The notes under the pieces: model-generated
What the model saw: the letters and a program-made list of their open reading frames with translations, nothing else
Database searches by the model: none
What the model was told of the DNA's origin: nothing
Shown: positions 51,376 to 61,488 of the stretch, piece by piece
How the letters are laid out: every line of letters starts with the position of its first letter
How positions within the stretch are numbered: position 1 is the stretch's first letter
Assembly (NCBI GenBank): GCA_963805625.1
Contig: CAWDVE010000010.1
Span: 1,856,001-1,920,000, forward strand
Direction: 5' to 3'
DNA: 64,000 bases
Origin: an uncultured Candidatus Rokubacteria bacterium
GTDB taxonomy: Bacteria; Methylomirabilota; Methylomirabilia; Rokubacteriales; DASRDR01
Translations under genes and position numbers: made by a program

Positions 51376-52437
51376 CGCTCCTGACTCAAGCGATGACCCG
51401 TTGGGCACGAGCACGATTTTGCCTGTCACGCCTCCCTTCCCGAGCAACTCGTGCGCGTGTCTTGCCTCGGCAAGAGGAAATCGCTGCGCGATGAGCGGCC
51501 TGATCCTCTTCTGCTGAAGGAGGTCGAAGAGGGCGATCAAATCCTGTCGAAACCATGCCGGTCTCAGCCGTTTGAGCCACTGGATGCTGTAGGGGACCAC
51601 CCGTTTCCGGCCCGGGAGAAGCCAGCCGCCAGCAATGTACAGCCCGAAAATCGGGATTCCACGAAAGCGATGACGACGACCTGGACGACCTGAAGCCAAT
51701 CGTCCCCCGCGTAGCGAGGAAGTAAGGCCATAGGCCACGACCCTCCCGCCAGGGCGGAGCGCCTTGCGGGAACGCCAGATGTGGGTACCACCGATGCCGT
51801 CAAAGACGACGTCTACACCCTCGCTCGTGAGGCGGTGAATTTCTTTCACGAAGTCCTGATGCTGGTAGTCAATTGGGATACCGCCCAGGTCGGCAACGGC
51901 CGACGCCCCTCGCGATGAACAGGTACCGTACATCTCCAGCCCGGTGAGGCGCCCAAGCTGCAATAGTGCCGAGCCGACCCCGCCTGCCGCGCCATGAATC
52001 AGCACGCGCTGGCCCGATCTGACCCGAGCGGAACGATGCAACATCTGGTACGCCGTGACGTAGTTCAGGACGAGACTGACAGCCTCGGCGGCGTCCAACC
52101 CGGATGGCACCGGAACCAGTTCACGCTGCGACAGGCAGACGAACTCCGCGTACGCACCGCTTATTGGCAGCGCGGCAACTATCTGGCCTGGTTCGAGTCC
52201 AGAGATACCGGCGCCGAGCCGATCCAGCACGCCAATCAGATCCCACCCCGGCGTGAATGGCAGCCGGGGCGTCTCGGGATGAACACCCTCGCGCATCAGC
52301 AGGTCGGGCAAGGAGACCCCTGCGGCCAGCACTCTTACCCGCACTTCACCATCCTTCGGCTCGGGGCACTCTTCTTCCACCACCTGAAGTGCAGCGGGCC
52401 CGCCGTAGTGAGTGACGATGATGCGCGTGTGTCTCAT
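51370..52437 (-). CDS. MDR-family (quinone oxidoreductase-like) NADPH oxidoreductase
   Basis: YGGP..L, PFTPGWD, NYVTAYQML, HGAAGGVGSA and GKIVL; GAGGAGG RBS; lower GC than its neighbours. Confidence 0.92.
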   Translation of the reverse strand: MRHTRIIVTHYGGPAALQVVEEECPEPKDGEVRVRVLAAGVSLPDLLMREGVHPETPRLPFTPGWDLIGVLDRLGAGISGLEPGQIVAALPISGAYAEFVCLSQRELVPVPSGLDAAEAVSLVLNYVTAYQMLHRSARVRSGQRVLIHGAAGGVGSALLQLGRLTGLEMYGTCSSRGASAVADLGGIPIDYQHQDFVKEIHRLTSEGVDVVFDGIGGTHIWRSRKALRPGGRVVAYGLTSSLRGGRLASGRPGRRHRFRGIPIFGLYIAGGWLLPGRKRVVPYSIQWLKRLRPAWFRQDLIALFDLLQQKRIRPLIAQRFPLAEARHAHELLGKGGVTGKIVLVPNGSSLESGAA

Positions 52438-52518
52438 GGACCTCTTCCTCCCTCGCCGGGCGCTCCAGCTAGTGCGGCGTTGTCCTGACAATACGCTCCC
52501 CCGGAGGGAGTCGGCATC

Positions 52519-52653
52519 GTGATCGCCGCCATCTACGCCCGCACGTCCACGGAGCAGAACGCCGTCGGTGACGAGACGAAGTCCGTCACCCGCCAGGTCT
52601 AGCACGCAAAGAGGTACGCCGCGCAGCGGGGTTGGGTCGTCCCCGAGGACCAG
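52519..52653 (+). pseudogene. Serine recombinase N-terminal remnant
   Basis: VIAAIYARTSTEQ..SVTRQV*HAKRYA..GWVV; in-frame TAG at 52600. Confidence 0.8.
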
Positions 52654-52887
52654 CCGCGGGTCCAGGGGCTTGAGCATCCGACCCCGGGCCTGCTCTCCAT
52701 GTCCACCCGGCCACCGTTTGCGCCCCATGTCCGTGATGGCAGAGAGCTAGCCGGCCTGTGGAGTCCTCGCCCCATTGGGGCGGGAAGTCCTCGATCTCTG
52801 GGGTTGGGCCTGCCACGCCCCACACGGATGACAACGAAAAACTGGGCACTTACGGCACGGGCGCGATTCTTGCTCAGCAGGAAGGGC

Positions 52888-53802
52888 ATGCGCTCCCGCC
52901 CGGACCCGGCTACCGGTGATCCGCGAGGCCCAGGACGGGTCAGGCCGGGGATCGGGGGCTGCCCCGTCGTCCTGCTCCCGTTTCTGCTTCTGCTCTGGCT
53001 GCTGAATGCCGCGGCGCCAGTTCAGGCAGGGGTCGGCATGCCCGAGATTGGCTCGCTCCAGATCGGACCCTACCGAGCCCATCTCCTGAACGACTCTGCC
53101 GGACTCCGCAGAGGCACCAACACGCTGACGGTCCACATCCCCGACCTGCCCGTCGGCGACGACGTGACGCTACGCCTGTACGGCCCGGGGGGCGAGCTGA
53201 TCGACGTTCCGCTCCGCCCGCTGCGAGTGCTGAGCGGTCCGGAAGGAGGCCACGCCGTCGCCACGGCTTCAGCCGCCGCACCGGCGCACGACTCCACCGC
53301 GAGTGCGGGCCACGCGCACGGACAGGCACCGGAGGGGGCTGCCGGCTCGGATGATCACGCGAGACATCGCGACCAGCAGGCTCATCGCGAGACACCCGCC
53401 GGCGAGACCGCCCCCGCCCCTCACGCTCATGCCCATGGTCAGCCCAGCCACGGCTCGGACGTCGCCGGTGGGAACGCCGCCGGAGCTCATGCTCCCGATG
53501 AGGCGACCCATGCCGGCGCCACCCGGGCAGAGGCTCCGGGCGGCCACGGCACGGCGGCCCATGGCGGCGCGGTCTTCTCAGGCTTTGCGGCGCGAGGGGC
53601 GGCGAGGCTTCCGGCCACGGGCGCCTGGCGAGCGGTCCTGACTGCCGGCGACGGACGCGGGGAGCCGCTGACCGGCGAGCTGGTGCTCAACGTCACCACG
53701 GACGGCCCGAATCTCCTCTACCTCGGGTTCCTGGGATTCCTGAGCGGCGGGTCGGTGCTGTACGGCTGGACCCATCGCCGGCGCGCTGAATCGAGGGATT
53801 AG
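52888..53802 (+). CDS. Exported protein with a His-rich insert and C-terminal TM anchor (YtkA/FixH-like fold?)
   Basis: Hydrophobic signal; central spacer of about 100 aa with many His; GAWRAVL strand; C-terminal TM followed by HRRR; start uncertain. Confidence 0.65.
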   Translation: MRSRPDPATGDPRGPGRVRPGIGGCPVVLLPFLLLLWLLNAAAPVQAGVGMPEIGSLQIGPYRAHLLNDSAGLRRGTNTLTVHIPDLPVGDDVTLRLYGPGGELIDVPLRPLRVLSGPEGGHAVATASAAAPAHDSTASAGHAHGQAPEGAAGSDDHARHRDQQAHRETPAGETAPAPHAHAHGQPSHGSDVAGGNAAGAHAPDEATHAGATRAEAPGGHGTAAHGGAVFSGFAARGAARLPATGAWRAVLTAGDGRGEPLTGELVLNVTTDGPNLLYLGFLGFLSGGSVLYGWTHRRRAESRD

Positions 53803-53806
53803 CCAG

Positions 53807-55162
53807 ATGCCATCTGTTGCCTCCGCGCCTTCCCGAAACCTCCTGGGCACCCCCTGGGTGCGAGCCTTCCTCAAGAGCCGGTGGTTTCCCGCGGTCCTCG
53901 CCTACCCGACCCTGGTCGTGTTCGGCTACATCGTGTACGCCTTGCTCTTTGGCCCCGGCGCCGCCTCCGCCAACCTGGGCACCACTCTGACCTGGGTCCT
54001 GTGGTGGCCACTGATCCCGCTGCTGATGTTCGCGCTCGGCCGATTCTGGTGTGCCATCTGCCCGTTCGCCACCGTCATCGATACGGTCCAGAAGCTCGCG
54101 GGGCTCGGGCGGCCGGTCACGCCATTCCTGAAGCGCTACGGGATCTGGATCATCGATGCGACCTTCATTCTCATCACCTGGGCCGATCATGTCTTCGGGA
54201 TCGTGGAGTCGCCCCGGGGATCAGGATACCTGCTGGCGATGCTCGTCACCGCCTCGGTGGTGACCGCGGTGTTCTACGAGCGGCGAGCCTGGTGCCGGTT
54301 CCTCTGCTTCCTGGGGGGGCTGTCCGGCAACTATTCCCGCCTGGCGGCGATCGAGCTGCGGGCGACCCCTGAGATCTGCGCCACCTGCAAGACTCAGAGC
54401 TGCTACCGGGGTGACGGTCAGGCACTGGGCTGCCCGGTGTTCGAGTTTCCCAGGACCATGATCAGCAGTGCGAACTGTAGCCTGTGCGCCAACTGCATCA
54501 AGCTCTGTCCGAATGACTCGATCCGGCTCATGGCGCGGACCCCGACGAGGGAGCTCTGGTTCATGTCCAGGCCCCGCTTCGAGGAGTCATTCCTCGCCGC
54601 GGTCATCGTCGGGATCGTGCTGGTGCAGAACGTGACCATGCTGTCCTTCTGGGAGCCGGTCATGGACTGGCTGACACACCTCCTGGTCGGCAGTCGGACG
54701 CTCGCCTTCACCGCCATCTTCACCACCGCCATGGCGGTCCCCTTCGGGATGATGACGGCGGCCGCCCGGCTGAGCGGCGCCGCCACGGGCGAGTCGGTGT
54801 CCAAGAACTTCGCCCGGTTCGGCTACGCCGTCATCCCGCTCGATCTGGCCGGGCACATCGCCCACAACCTGTTCCACCTACTGTCCGAGGGAAAGGCCGT
54901 CTTCTTCAACGCGGCGGCACTGGTCGACTACCATGTGACGGGATCTGCGGAGCTGGTCTCCCCGGGCACGGTGATGATGCTGCAGTTCGTCATCGTCGGA
55001 CTCGGGATCGCAGGCTCGATCTACACGGCGACGCGGATCGCCGAGCGGCCCGGATCCACGGCGCATCCCTTCCGGGCGCTGATCCCGCACGGGGTCGTCC
55101 TGATCCTCTTCGGGCTCGTCAACCTCTACCTCTTCACTCTGCCGATGGTGCACCGGGTGTAA
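53807..55162 (+). CDS. Membrane 4Fe-4S binding protein (NapH/FixG/FtrD-like)
   Basis: LTWVLWWP, GRFWCAICP, RAWCRFLC, CxxCxxxxC and CSLCANCIKLCP. Confidence 0.88.
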   Translation: MPSVASAPSRNLLGTPWVRAFLKSRWFPAVLAYPTLVVFGYIVYALLFGPGAASANLGTTLTWVLWWPLIPLLMFALGRFWCAICPFATVIDTVQKLAGLGRPVTPFLKRYGIWIIDATFILITWADHVFGIVESPRGSGYLLAMLVTASVVTAVFYERRAWCRFLCFLGGLSGNYSRLAAIELRATPEICATCKTQSCYRGDGQALGCPVFEFPRTMISSANCSLCANCIKLCPNDSIRLMARTPTRELWFMSRPRFEESFLAAVIVGIVLVQNVTMLSFWEPVMDWLTHLLVGSRTLAFTAIFTTAMAVPFGMMTAAARLSGAATGESVSKNFARFGYAVIPLDLAGHIAHNLFHLLSEGKAVFFNAAALVDYHVTGSAELVSPGTVMMLQFVIVGLGIAGSIYTATRIAERPGSTAHPFRALIPHGVVLILFGLVNLYLFTLPMVHRV

Positions 55163-55222
55163 GCCTTCGGGCGCACGGAACGTAGAACCGCAGCGGCCGG
55201 TGTACGACATTGGTTCTCCCGG

Positions 55223-56080
55223 CTAGTGTCCGAAACGCCGATCGCGGGCCAGCCCACGCGCCCGGTCGATCTCGGCGATCACCTGCGCACCGACGAGCAG
55301 GACAACCGACGCCGCCTCCAGCGTGAGCAGCACGACGATGGCGGCAGCCATCGATCCGTAGATCAGGTTCACCATCGACAGCCGCGCGAAGTACCACACC
55401 AGCACCCGGCGAGCCACCTCCCAGAGCAGGGTCGCCGTGACACCACCGACGAGGGCGTGGCCGAACCGAACGTGGCCGACCGGGAGCACGACGTAGAGAG
55501 CGGTCAGCAGCAGCGCGAGACCGACGACGCCGAGCACGTAGAGCACGGCGCCCGCCAAGCCCACCGGGGGCCACGTGTACCCGAGCACGAGCACGGGTCG
55601 AACCGCGTGGAGCGCCCCGCTGATCACCGTGATCAGGAGCAGGCCGGCGCCGATCAGCATCATGAACATGTACGGGAGGAGCGCCGAGACGAAAAAATGG
55701 CGGTGCCGTGTCCTCGCGCGATGGTGAAAGATGACCGCCATGGCGCTCTCAGCCACGGTGAAGGCCGCCGAGCTGAAGAACAGGAGCGCCACGAGCCCGA
55801 CGATCCCGACGGTGTCGCGGTGGGCGAGGAAGCTCTCCACCTGGCCGACGATCATGGCACTCTGTGCCGGGATCACCAGCTCGAGATTCCAGGCCACCGT
55901 CTCCAGCAGTTGCCGCTCGTCGACGAGATGGGAGAGGCCGACCAGCAGCACCATGAAGAGGGGGACGATCGACAGCAGGGTGTAGTAGGCGACGGCGCCG
56001 GACAGGAGAAGTCCCTGGTTGCGCCGGAAGCCCGATCCGACGCGTCGCACGAAGTGGAGGAGGGATCTCGTCACGCGCAT
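55223..56080 (-). CDS. YihY/BrkB family membrane protein
   Basis: GAVAYYTLLSIVP, ALVGG..LWE, IYGSM and GAQV. Confidence 0.9.
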   Translation of the reverse strand: MRVTRSLLHFVRRVGSGFRRNQGLLLSGAVAYYTLLSIVPLFMVLLVGLSHLVDERQLLETVAWNLELVIPAQSAMIVGQVESFLAHRDTVGIVGLVALLFFSSAAFTVAESAMAVIFHHRARTRHRHFFVSALLPYMFMMLIGAGLLLITVISGALHAVRPVLVLGYTWPPVGLAGAVLYVLGVVGLALLLTALYVVLPVGHVRFGHALVGGVTATLLWEVARRVLVWYFARLSMVNLIYGSMAAAIVVLLTLEAASVVLLVGAQVIAEIDRARGLARDRRFGH

Positions 56081-56264
56081 CGTTCTGATCCGGGCGGGGT
56101 GCCGTCGATCGCGACCGCGCCCATTCTAGCACCGGGATCGACCTCATGATCGGATCGCAATCCGCCCCGCCGCGGATTGTGGAGCGATACTGCGTTGCCG
56201 CCCGCGGCGCCGTCAAGGCGCGGGCGCTGCTTCGGTGCGAGCGGTCGCCCGGTCGGCGACGCGC

Positions 56265-56308
56265 TTGACACGTCCCGACTCCCGGTGCTACCGGTATTGT
56301 CTAGACAA
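56265..56308 (+). promoter_or_regulatory. Promoter and HutC/GntR-type operator
   Basis: TTGACA at 56265; perfect palindrome TTGTCTAGACAA at 56297-56308 just upstream of the GntR gene. Confidence 0.75.
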
Positions 56309-56316
56309 CTAGACCG

Positions 56317-57075
56317 ATGGCGACACACGCGACGGTCCTGATGGAGGCGCGGCTCGGAGGGCGGGTCCCCCGCTACCTCCAGATCGCGGACGCGCTCCGC
56401 CGGCGCCTGGCCGCCGGCTCGGCCGGCCGGGCGGCGCGGCTGCCGTCGGAGCCCGCCCTCGCCACCGAGTTCCGGGTGAGCCGGGAAACTCTGCGCGAGG
56501 CGCTGGCCCTCCTGCGGGACGAGGGGCTGATCTACTCGCTCGTCGGCCGCGGCACCTTCGCGAGCCCGGGCTACCGGCAGGTGGGGGTGCGCATCACCCA
56601 GCCGATCAACGAGCCCTACGTCGCGGGACGGCCCAGCGTCCTGAAGGTCCTCGAGCAGGGCTTCGTGGCAGCGCCGGCCGAGACGAGCCGGGCCCTGGGC
56701 CTGCCGGCGCGGACCCAGGTGTACTGCTATCGCTCGCTGCGAACGATCCGGGGCCGCCCGTTCCGCTACGGGCGCGTCTACCTGCCCCGGGAGATCGCCG
56801 AGCGGCTCGACCTCGGCCGACCGCCGGAGCTCACCGTCTCCGAGCGGGTCGAGCGCGAGGCGGGGATCCGGCTGATCCGAGCGCACCAGGTCGTGATGGC
56901 CGTGGCGGCGCCGGCCGAGGTCGCACGACGCTTCGGTCTCGGGACCCGGAGCCCGGTCTTGATGTTCCGCCGGACCTACTACCAGGACACCGGGCGGCCG
57001 GCGGAGTTCGTCCTCGAGTATCAGAACTCGGCGCGGTTCCCCTACGAGGAAGCGCTCGTTCGGACGACGCGCTGA
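56317..57075 (+). CDS. GntR family regulator (HutC/UTRA)
   Basis: PRYLQIA, LPSEPALATEFRVSRETLREAL and GRGTF; UTRA-like C-terminus. Confidence 0.92.
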   Translation: MATHATVLMEARLGGRVPRYLQIADALRRRLAAGSAGRAARLPSEPALATEFRVSRETLREALALLRDEGLIYSLVGRGTFASPGYRQVGVRITQPINEPYVAGRPSVLKVLEQGFVAAPAETSRALGLPARTQVYCYRSLRTIRGRPFRYGRVYLPREIAERLDLGRPPELTVSERVEREAGIRLIRAHQVVMAVAAPAEVARRFGLGTRSPVLMFRRTYYQDTGRPAEFVLEYQNSARFPYEEALVRTTR

Positions 57076-57184
57076 CCCGATGGCGAAACCAGGAGTCGAA
57101 GGGAAGGCTGGCAGGCGGCGGCTCGGACGGAGCGGCCGAACTCCAGGAGCAGGTGGCCCAGTGATCCTGAGACAGGAGGCTTCC

Positions 57185-58786
57185 ATGAAGCGACGGATCT
57201 CGCGATGGGTGCTCGGGCTGGTGGCAAGCCTGACGTGCGCGCTGGTGTCGATTCCCGGGGCGGGCGCCCAGGAGCAGCCGCGTCGAGGCGGCACGCTGAC
57301 GGTCATCACGCCGTCGGACGTCTCGACGTTCGATCCACACCCGGCGGTCGGGTTCTCGGTCCGCGTGTTCGCGAACATCTACGAGCCCCTCTTCCGGAAG
57401 GACGAGAAGGGCGTGCTCCACGGGCACCTCGCCCAGTCGTGGCGCTTCCTCGATCCGACGAAGCTCCAGATCACGTTGCGGAAGGGCGTGAAGTTCCACA
57501 GCGGGAACGAGTTCACCGCCGAAGACGTGAAGTTCACGTACGAGCGGCAGCTGAACCCTGCCGACCTGGCGCGGGACGCGGCGGTCATCAAGATGCTCAA
57601 GACGCCGATCCAGGTCGTGGACCGCTACACGCTCGTCCTCGAGACGCGCGAGCCCAATGCGGCCCTCGTGGACACCCTCGCCCAGTCGCTGGCAACCCTG
57701 ATTCCGGACTCCGCAGAGGTCAAGAAGTGGGGTAAGGACTACGGGCTTCATCCTTCGGGAACGGGCCCGTTCAAGTTCGTCGAGTGGGTGCGCGGCCAGC
57801 ACGTGAAGCTCGCCCGGAACGCGGACTACTGGAACGGCCCGCCCTACCTCGACTTCCTGGTGTTCAAGGTGGTTCCCGAGGAGGCGACGCGGGTGCTGGC
57901 CCTCGAGAGCGGCGAGGCGGATGTGCTCTTCGAGACACCGCCGAGCGCGATCGCGACGCTCCGCAAGAACCCGAAGCTCCGGGTGAACCGGGTCCCGACC
58001 TACCGGGACGTCAACGTGCACTGGAACGCCATGAAGGCGCCGACGGACGACGTGCGGCTCCGGCGCGCGCTCTCGCAGGCGATCGACGTCAAGAGCATCG
58101 TCGAGGAGGTCATCACGGCCGACATCGGCCAGGTGGCGACCGGGATCTTCAACCCGAGCGTGTTCGGCGCGTGTGACGTGGGATTTCCCGTCTACAACCT
58201 CGCCCGGGCCAAGCAGGGCCTCGCGGAGCTCGGCTACCGGCCGGGCAAGGACGGCATCCTCGAGAAGGACGGCCGGCCGCTCACGCTGACGCTCGTGGTG
58301 AACCCGCAGCGCGACCCCCGCAACGGAGAGGTGGCCGAGGCAATCCAGGCCCAGCTCCGGGCGGCCGGCGTCGACATGAAGGTCAACGCCAACGAGTTCG
58401 CCACGTACATGAAGATCCTGCAGAGCCCCGAAGGCGACTACAACATGATCTTCCACGGGTACGGCGTGGCGACGGCGGACGCCGACCTGAAGGCCACCTT
58501 CTTCCTCAGCACGAACCTCCCGCCGGCGGGGCAGAACAGCCCCCGGTTCGCGAGCCCCGAGCTCGACGGGGTGATCCTGGCCGCCCAGCGCGAATCGAAC
58601 AAGGACAAGCGCAAGGAGCTCTACTGCAAGATGGGCCAGATCTACCGGGACCAGGCGCTCGGCTTGCCGCTCTACGCGTCGTTCCGGAACACGAGCGTCC
58701 AGGCCAACGTCAACGGCCTCGTCCTGCACCCGGACGAGTGGTACACGCAGACGTACACGCGCGCCTGGCTCGGGTCGAAGCCGTAG
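57185..58786 (+). CDS. ABC substrate-binding protein, family 5 (peptide/nickel)
   Basis: Signal peptide, RRGGTL, LRKGVKFHSG..FTAEDVKFT and GTGPFKF. Confidence 0.95.
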   Translation: MKRRISRWVLGLVASLTCALVSIPGAGAQEQPRRGGTLTVITPSDVSTFDPHPAVGFSVRVFANIYEPLFRKDEKGVLHGHLAQSWRFLDPTKLQITLRKGVKFHSGNEFTAEDVKFTYERQLNPADLARDAAVIKMLKTPIQVVDRYTLVLETREPNAALVDTLAQSLATLIPDSAEVKKWGKDYGLHPSGTGPFKFVEWVRGQHVKLARNADYWNGPPYLDFLVFKVVPEEATRVLALESGEADVLFETPPSAIATLRKNPKLRVNRVPTYRDVNVHWNAMKAPTDDVRLRRALSQAIDVKSIVEEVITADIGQVATGIFNPSVFGACDVGFPVYNLARAKQGLAELGYRPGKDGILEKDGRPLTLTLVVNPQRDPRNGEVAEAIQAQLRAAGVDMKVNANEFATYMKILQSPEGDYNMIFHGYGVATADADLKATFFLSTNLPPAGQNSPRFASPELDGVILAAQRESNKDKRKELYCKMGQIYRDQALGLPLYASFRNTSVQANVNGLVLHPDEWYTQTYTRAWLGSKP

Positions 58787-58798
58787 GACGGAATCGGC

Positions 58799-59743
58799 AT
58801 GGGCGCCTCGGGCGCCACGGGTCTCGCCGGCTACCTCGTCAAGCGGCTGCTGGGGATGCTGCTGCTACTGGCGGGGGTGACGTTCGTCGTATTCGGCATG
58901 ATGTACCTCGCCCCTGGCGATGTCACGGTCATGCTGGCGGCGAGCAGCCCCTCCCAGGAGCAGGTCGCCGCGATCCGGAGGGAGTTCGGTCTGGACCAGC
59001 CGCCCTGGGTCCAGTACGGCATGTTTCTTCGCCGGGTCGCGCAGGGTGACCTGGGTGACTCGTGGATCGACCGGCGGCCGGTGATGCCCCAGGTGCTGGA
59101 CGCCTTCGCGTACACGCTCCGGCTGGCCGCGGTGGCCCTGGCCTTGTCGGTGGCGCTCGGGACCGCCGGCGGCGTCGTCTCGGCCGTCCGGCACCGCTCC
59201 GTAACCGACGAATCGATCCTGACGGTGACGCTCCTCGGAATCTCGGTGCCAGTGTTCGTCACCGGGCTCCTGCTGATCTACACCTTCGCCTTCAAGCTCG
59301 GGTGGTTCCCCACCTCGGGCGCGGGGACGTGGCGCCATCTGGTCCTGCCAGCCTGCACGCTGGCGAGCTTCCTCACCGCCTACAACGTCCGGATGACGCG
59401 GGCGTGCATGCTCGAGGTGCTCGGCCAGGACTACGTGCGGACGGCCCGCGCGAAGGGCGTGCAGGAGCTCCTCGTCCTCGGGCGCCACGCTCTCCGGAAC
59501 GCCCTCGTGCCAATGGTGACCGTGATCGGCCTCCAGGTGGGGCTCCTCCTGGGCGGCTCGGTGATCACCGAGACCGTGTTCGGCTATCCCGGGGTGGGCC
59601 AACTGGTGGTGTCGGCGATCTCGGCCCGCGACACGCCGCTGGTCCAGGCGTGCGTGCTGGTGACCGCGAGCGGGTTCATCCTGGTCAACCTGCTCGTCGA
59701 CGTCAGCTACGTCCTGATCGACCCTCGGATCCGGCTGCCGTGA
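58799..59743 (+). CDS. ABC permease (DppB-like)
   Basis: FGLDQP..QY, DYVRTARAKG and IDPRIR. Confidence 0.94.
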   Translation: MGASGATGLAGYLVKRLLGMLLLLAGVTFVVFGMMYLAPGDVTVMLAASSPSQEQVAAIRREFGLDQPPWVQYGMFLRRVAQGDLGDSWIDRRPVMPQVLDAFAYTLRLAAVALALSVALGTAGGVVSAVRHRSVTDESILTVTLLGISVPVFVTGLLLIYTFAFKLGWFPTSGAGTWRHLVLPACTLASFLTAYNVRMTRACMLEVLGQDYVRTARAKGVQELLVLGRHALRNALVPMVTVIGLQVGLLLGGSVITETVFGYPGVGQLVVSAISARDTPLVQACVLVTASGFILVNLLVDVSYVLIDPRIRLP

Positions 59744-59789
59744 CGCGGCGGGTGACGGATCCGGCCGGCGCGGGCGCCAACGTTCGCAA

Positions 59790-60647
59790 ATGATCGAGGC
59801 GGGAGAGACCGGATCGCGCCGAGTCTGGCGCGCCCTCCGCCAGCCTCGGGCGGCCGCCGGAGTCATCGTGCTGGCGGCGCTCCTGGCGGGGGCCCTCGGC
59901 GCGGACTGGCTGGCTCCTCACGACCCGGCCCGGGCCGACCTGAAGCTCCGCCTGAAGCCGCCGAGCCGCGAGTACCCGCTCGGCACCGACTGGATCGGGC
60001 GCTGCCTGCTCAGCCGGCTGCTCTACGGCGTCCGTCTCACCCTCGCGGTGGGCGTGGTGACCGTCGCAGCCGGCGTGGCGGTGGGCGTGGCCCTCGGCCT
60101 CCTGGCCGGCTTCTACGGCGGCGTGCTGGAGGGGGTCATCATGCGGGCCACCGACCTCCTGCTCGCCTTTCCCTACTTCCTGCTCACGATCGTCTTCGTG
60201 GCCGTTCTCGGGCCGAGCCTCCTGAACGCGATGATCGCCATTGCCGCGTGGACGGCGCCGCACTACGTCCGGCTCGTCCGGTCGGTGGTCCTCTCGGTGA
60301 AGGGGCGGGAGTTCGTGGAGGCCGCGCGCGCGCTCGGGCGGCCGGAATTCGGAATCCTCACCCGCCACGTCCTGCCGGCCTGCGTGCCGACCCTCGTCGT
60401 GCAGGCGGCCATCTTCTGCGCACAGAACATGCTGATGGGGGCGAGCCTGAGCTTCCTCGGGCTGGGCGCCCAGCCGCCGTCTCCCGAGCTCGGGGCGATG
60501 CTCGGCGCCGGACGCCAGTACCTGAGGGTCGCGCCCCAGGTGGTCGCGGTCCCCGCTCTGGGCATCTTCCTCGGCGTGCTCGCCTTCAATTTCCTCGGGG
60601 ACGCCCTCCGGGACCATCTCGACCCCACCGCAGGGCGGGCTGCGTGA
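59790..60647 (+). CDS. ABC permease (DppC-like)
   Basis: LGTDWIGR, SFLGLGAQPP and GDALRDHLDP. Confidence 0.94.
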   Translation: MIEAGETGSRRVWRALRQPRAAAGVIVLAALLAGALGADWLAPHDPARADLKLRLKPPSREYPLGTDWIGRCLLSRLLYGVRLTLAVGVVTVAAGVAVGVALGLLAGFYGGVLEGVIMRATDLLLAFPYFLLTIVFVAVLGPSLLNAMIAIAAWTAPHYVRLVRSVVLSVKGREFVEAARALGRPEFGILTRHVLPACVPTLVVQAAIFCAQNMLMGASLSFLGLGAQPPSPELGAMLGAGRQYLRVAPQVVAVPALGIFLGVLAFNFLGDALRDHLDPTAGRAA

Positions 60648-60712
60648 AGAGGCCCGTCCCCGACCCGCGTCGCCACGGCCGGCCGTCCATTCCCTGACCG
60701 ACAGGAGCCTCC

Positions 60713-61411
60713 ATGCCCAGACTGCCGACCATCTACACCGCGCGCTCGGACGTCGAGACCGCCCATCTCGCCCGCGTCGAGGACTGGTACGCGCGCCGTC
60801 ACGCCCCGGATCTGATCCGGGCGGGGTTCTACACCGCCCAGGTCTACTACTCGGAGGTCGGGGCGCCCCGGATCTGCAACCTCTACGAGATCCCCGGGCC
60901 CGATCTGTTCGTCACCCAGGGTTACCGGGACGTGGCCGCCAAGGACACGGAAGGTCCGGCGGTGATCGCCCTCCTCACCAGCCGTTCGAACACGATCTAC
61001 GACCAGGTGCTGACGGTCAACGTGCCAGCGGTGGACGTCGACTGGGCGGCGGGAGGACGGACCGGCGGCGTGGTGGCCCCTGCCCTGTCCACGGTCCGGT
61101 TCGAGCTGCCGGAGGCGGACGAGGGCGCGCTCCTCGAATGGTACCGGTCGCGGGAGTTCCCGCGGCTCCAGGATCAACAGGGATTTCGGGCGGGGCGGCT
61201 CTGCCGGCAGGGTCCACCTCACCCGGTGGCCTCCTCGCGCGATCCCCGCTGGTTCGTGATCAACGAGTGGGAGGGCGTCATGGCGGCGATGGCCGACGGG
61301 ACGACGAAGGAGGCCCTGGCCCGGCACGAAGCCGGATTGACGGGCCACCTGAGCCGGTTCGCCTACAATGTGGGTCGCCGGCACTTCCAGCTGGCGCGGA
61401 CGGCGGTCTAG
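60713..61411 (+). CDS. Hypothetical protein, EthD/DUF4286-like tandem dimeric barrel
   Basis: Two repeats of WY..H/E.P.L...GF; AGGAG RBS. Confidence 0.65.
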   Translation: MPRLPTIYTARSDVETAHLARVEDWYARRHAPDLIRAGFYTAQVYYSEVGAPRICNLYEIPGPDLFVTQGYRDVAAKDTEGPAVIALLTSRSNTIYDQVLTVNVPAVDVDWAAGGRTGGVVAPALSTVRFELPEADEGALLEWYRSREFPRLQDQQGFRAGRLCRQGPPHPVASSRDPRWFVINEWEGVMAAMADGTTKEALARHEAGLTGHLSRFAYNVGRRHFQLARTAV

Positions 61412-61488
61412 GTGGCGCCGATGGATGGCCACCGCCCAGCGCTGTGGCCGCTCGGTGTCACGACACCCGACCGGAGAGAGGCGAGAGG

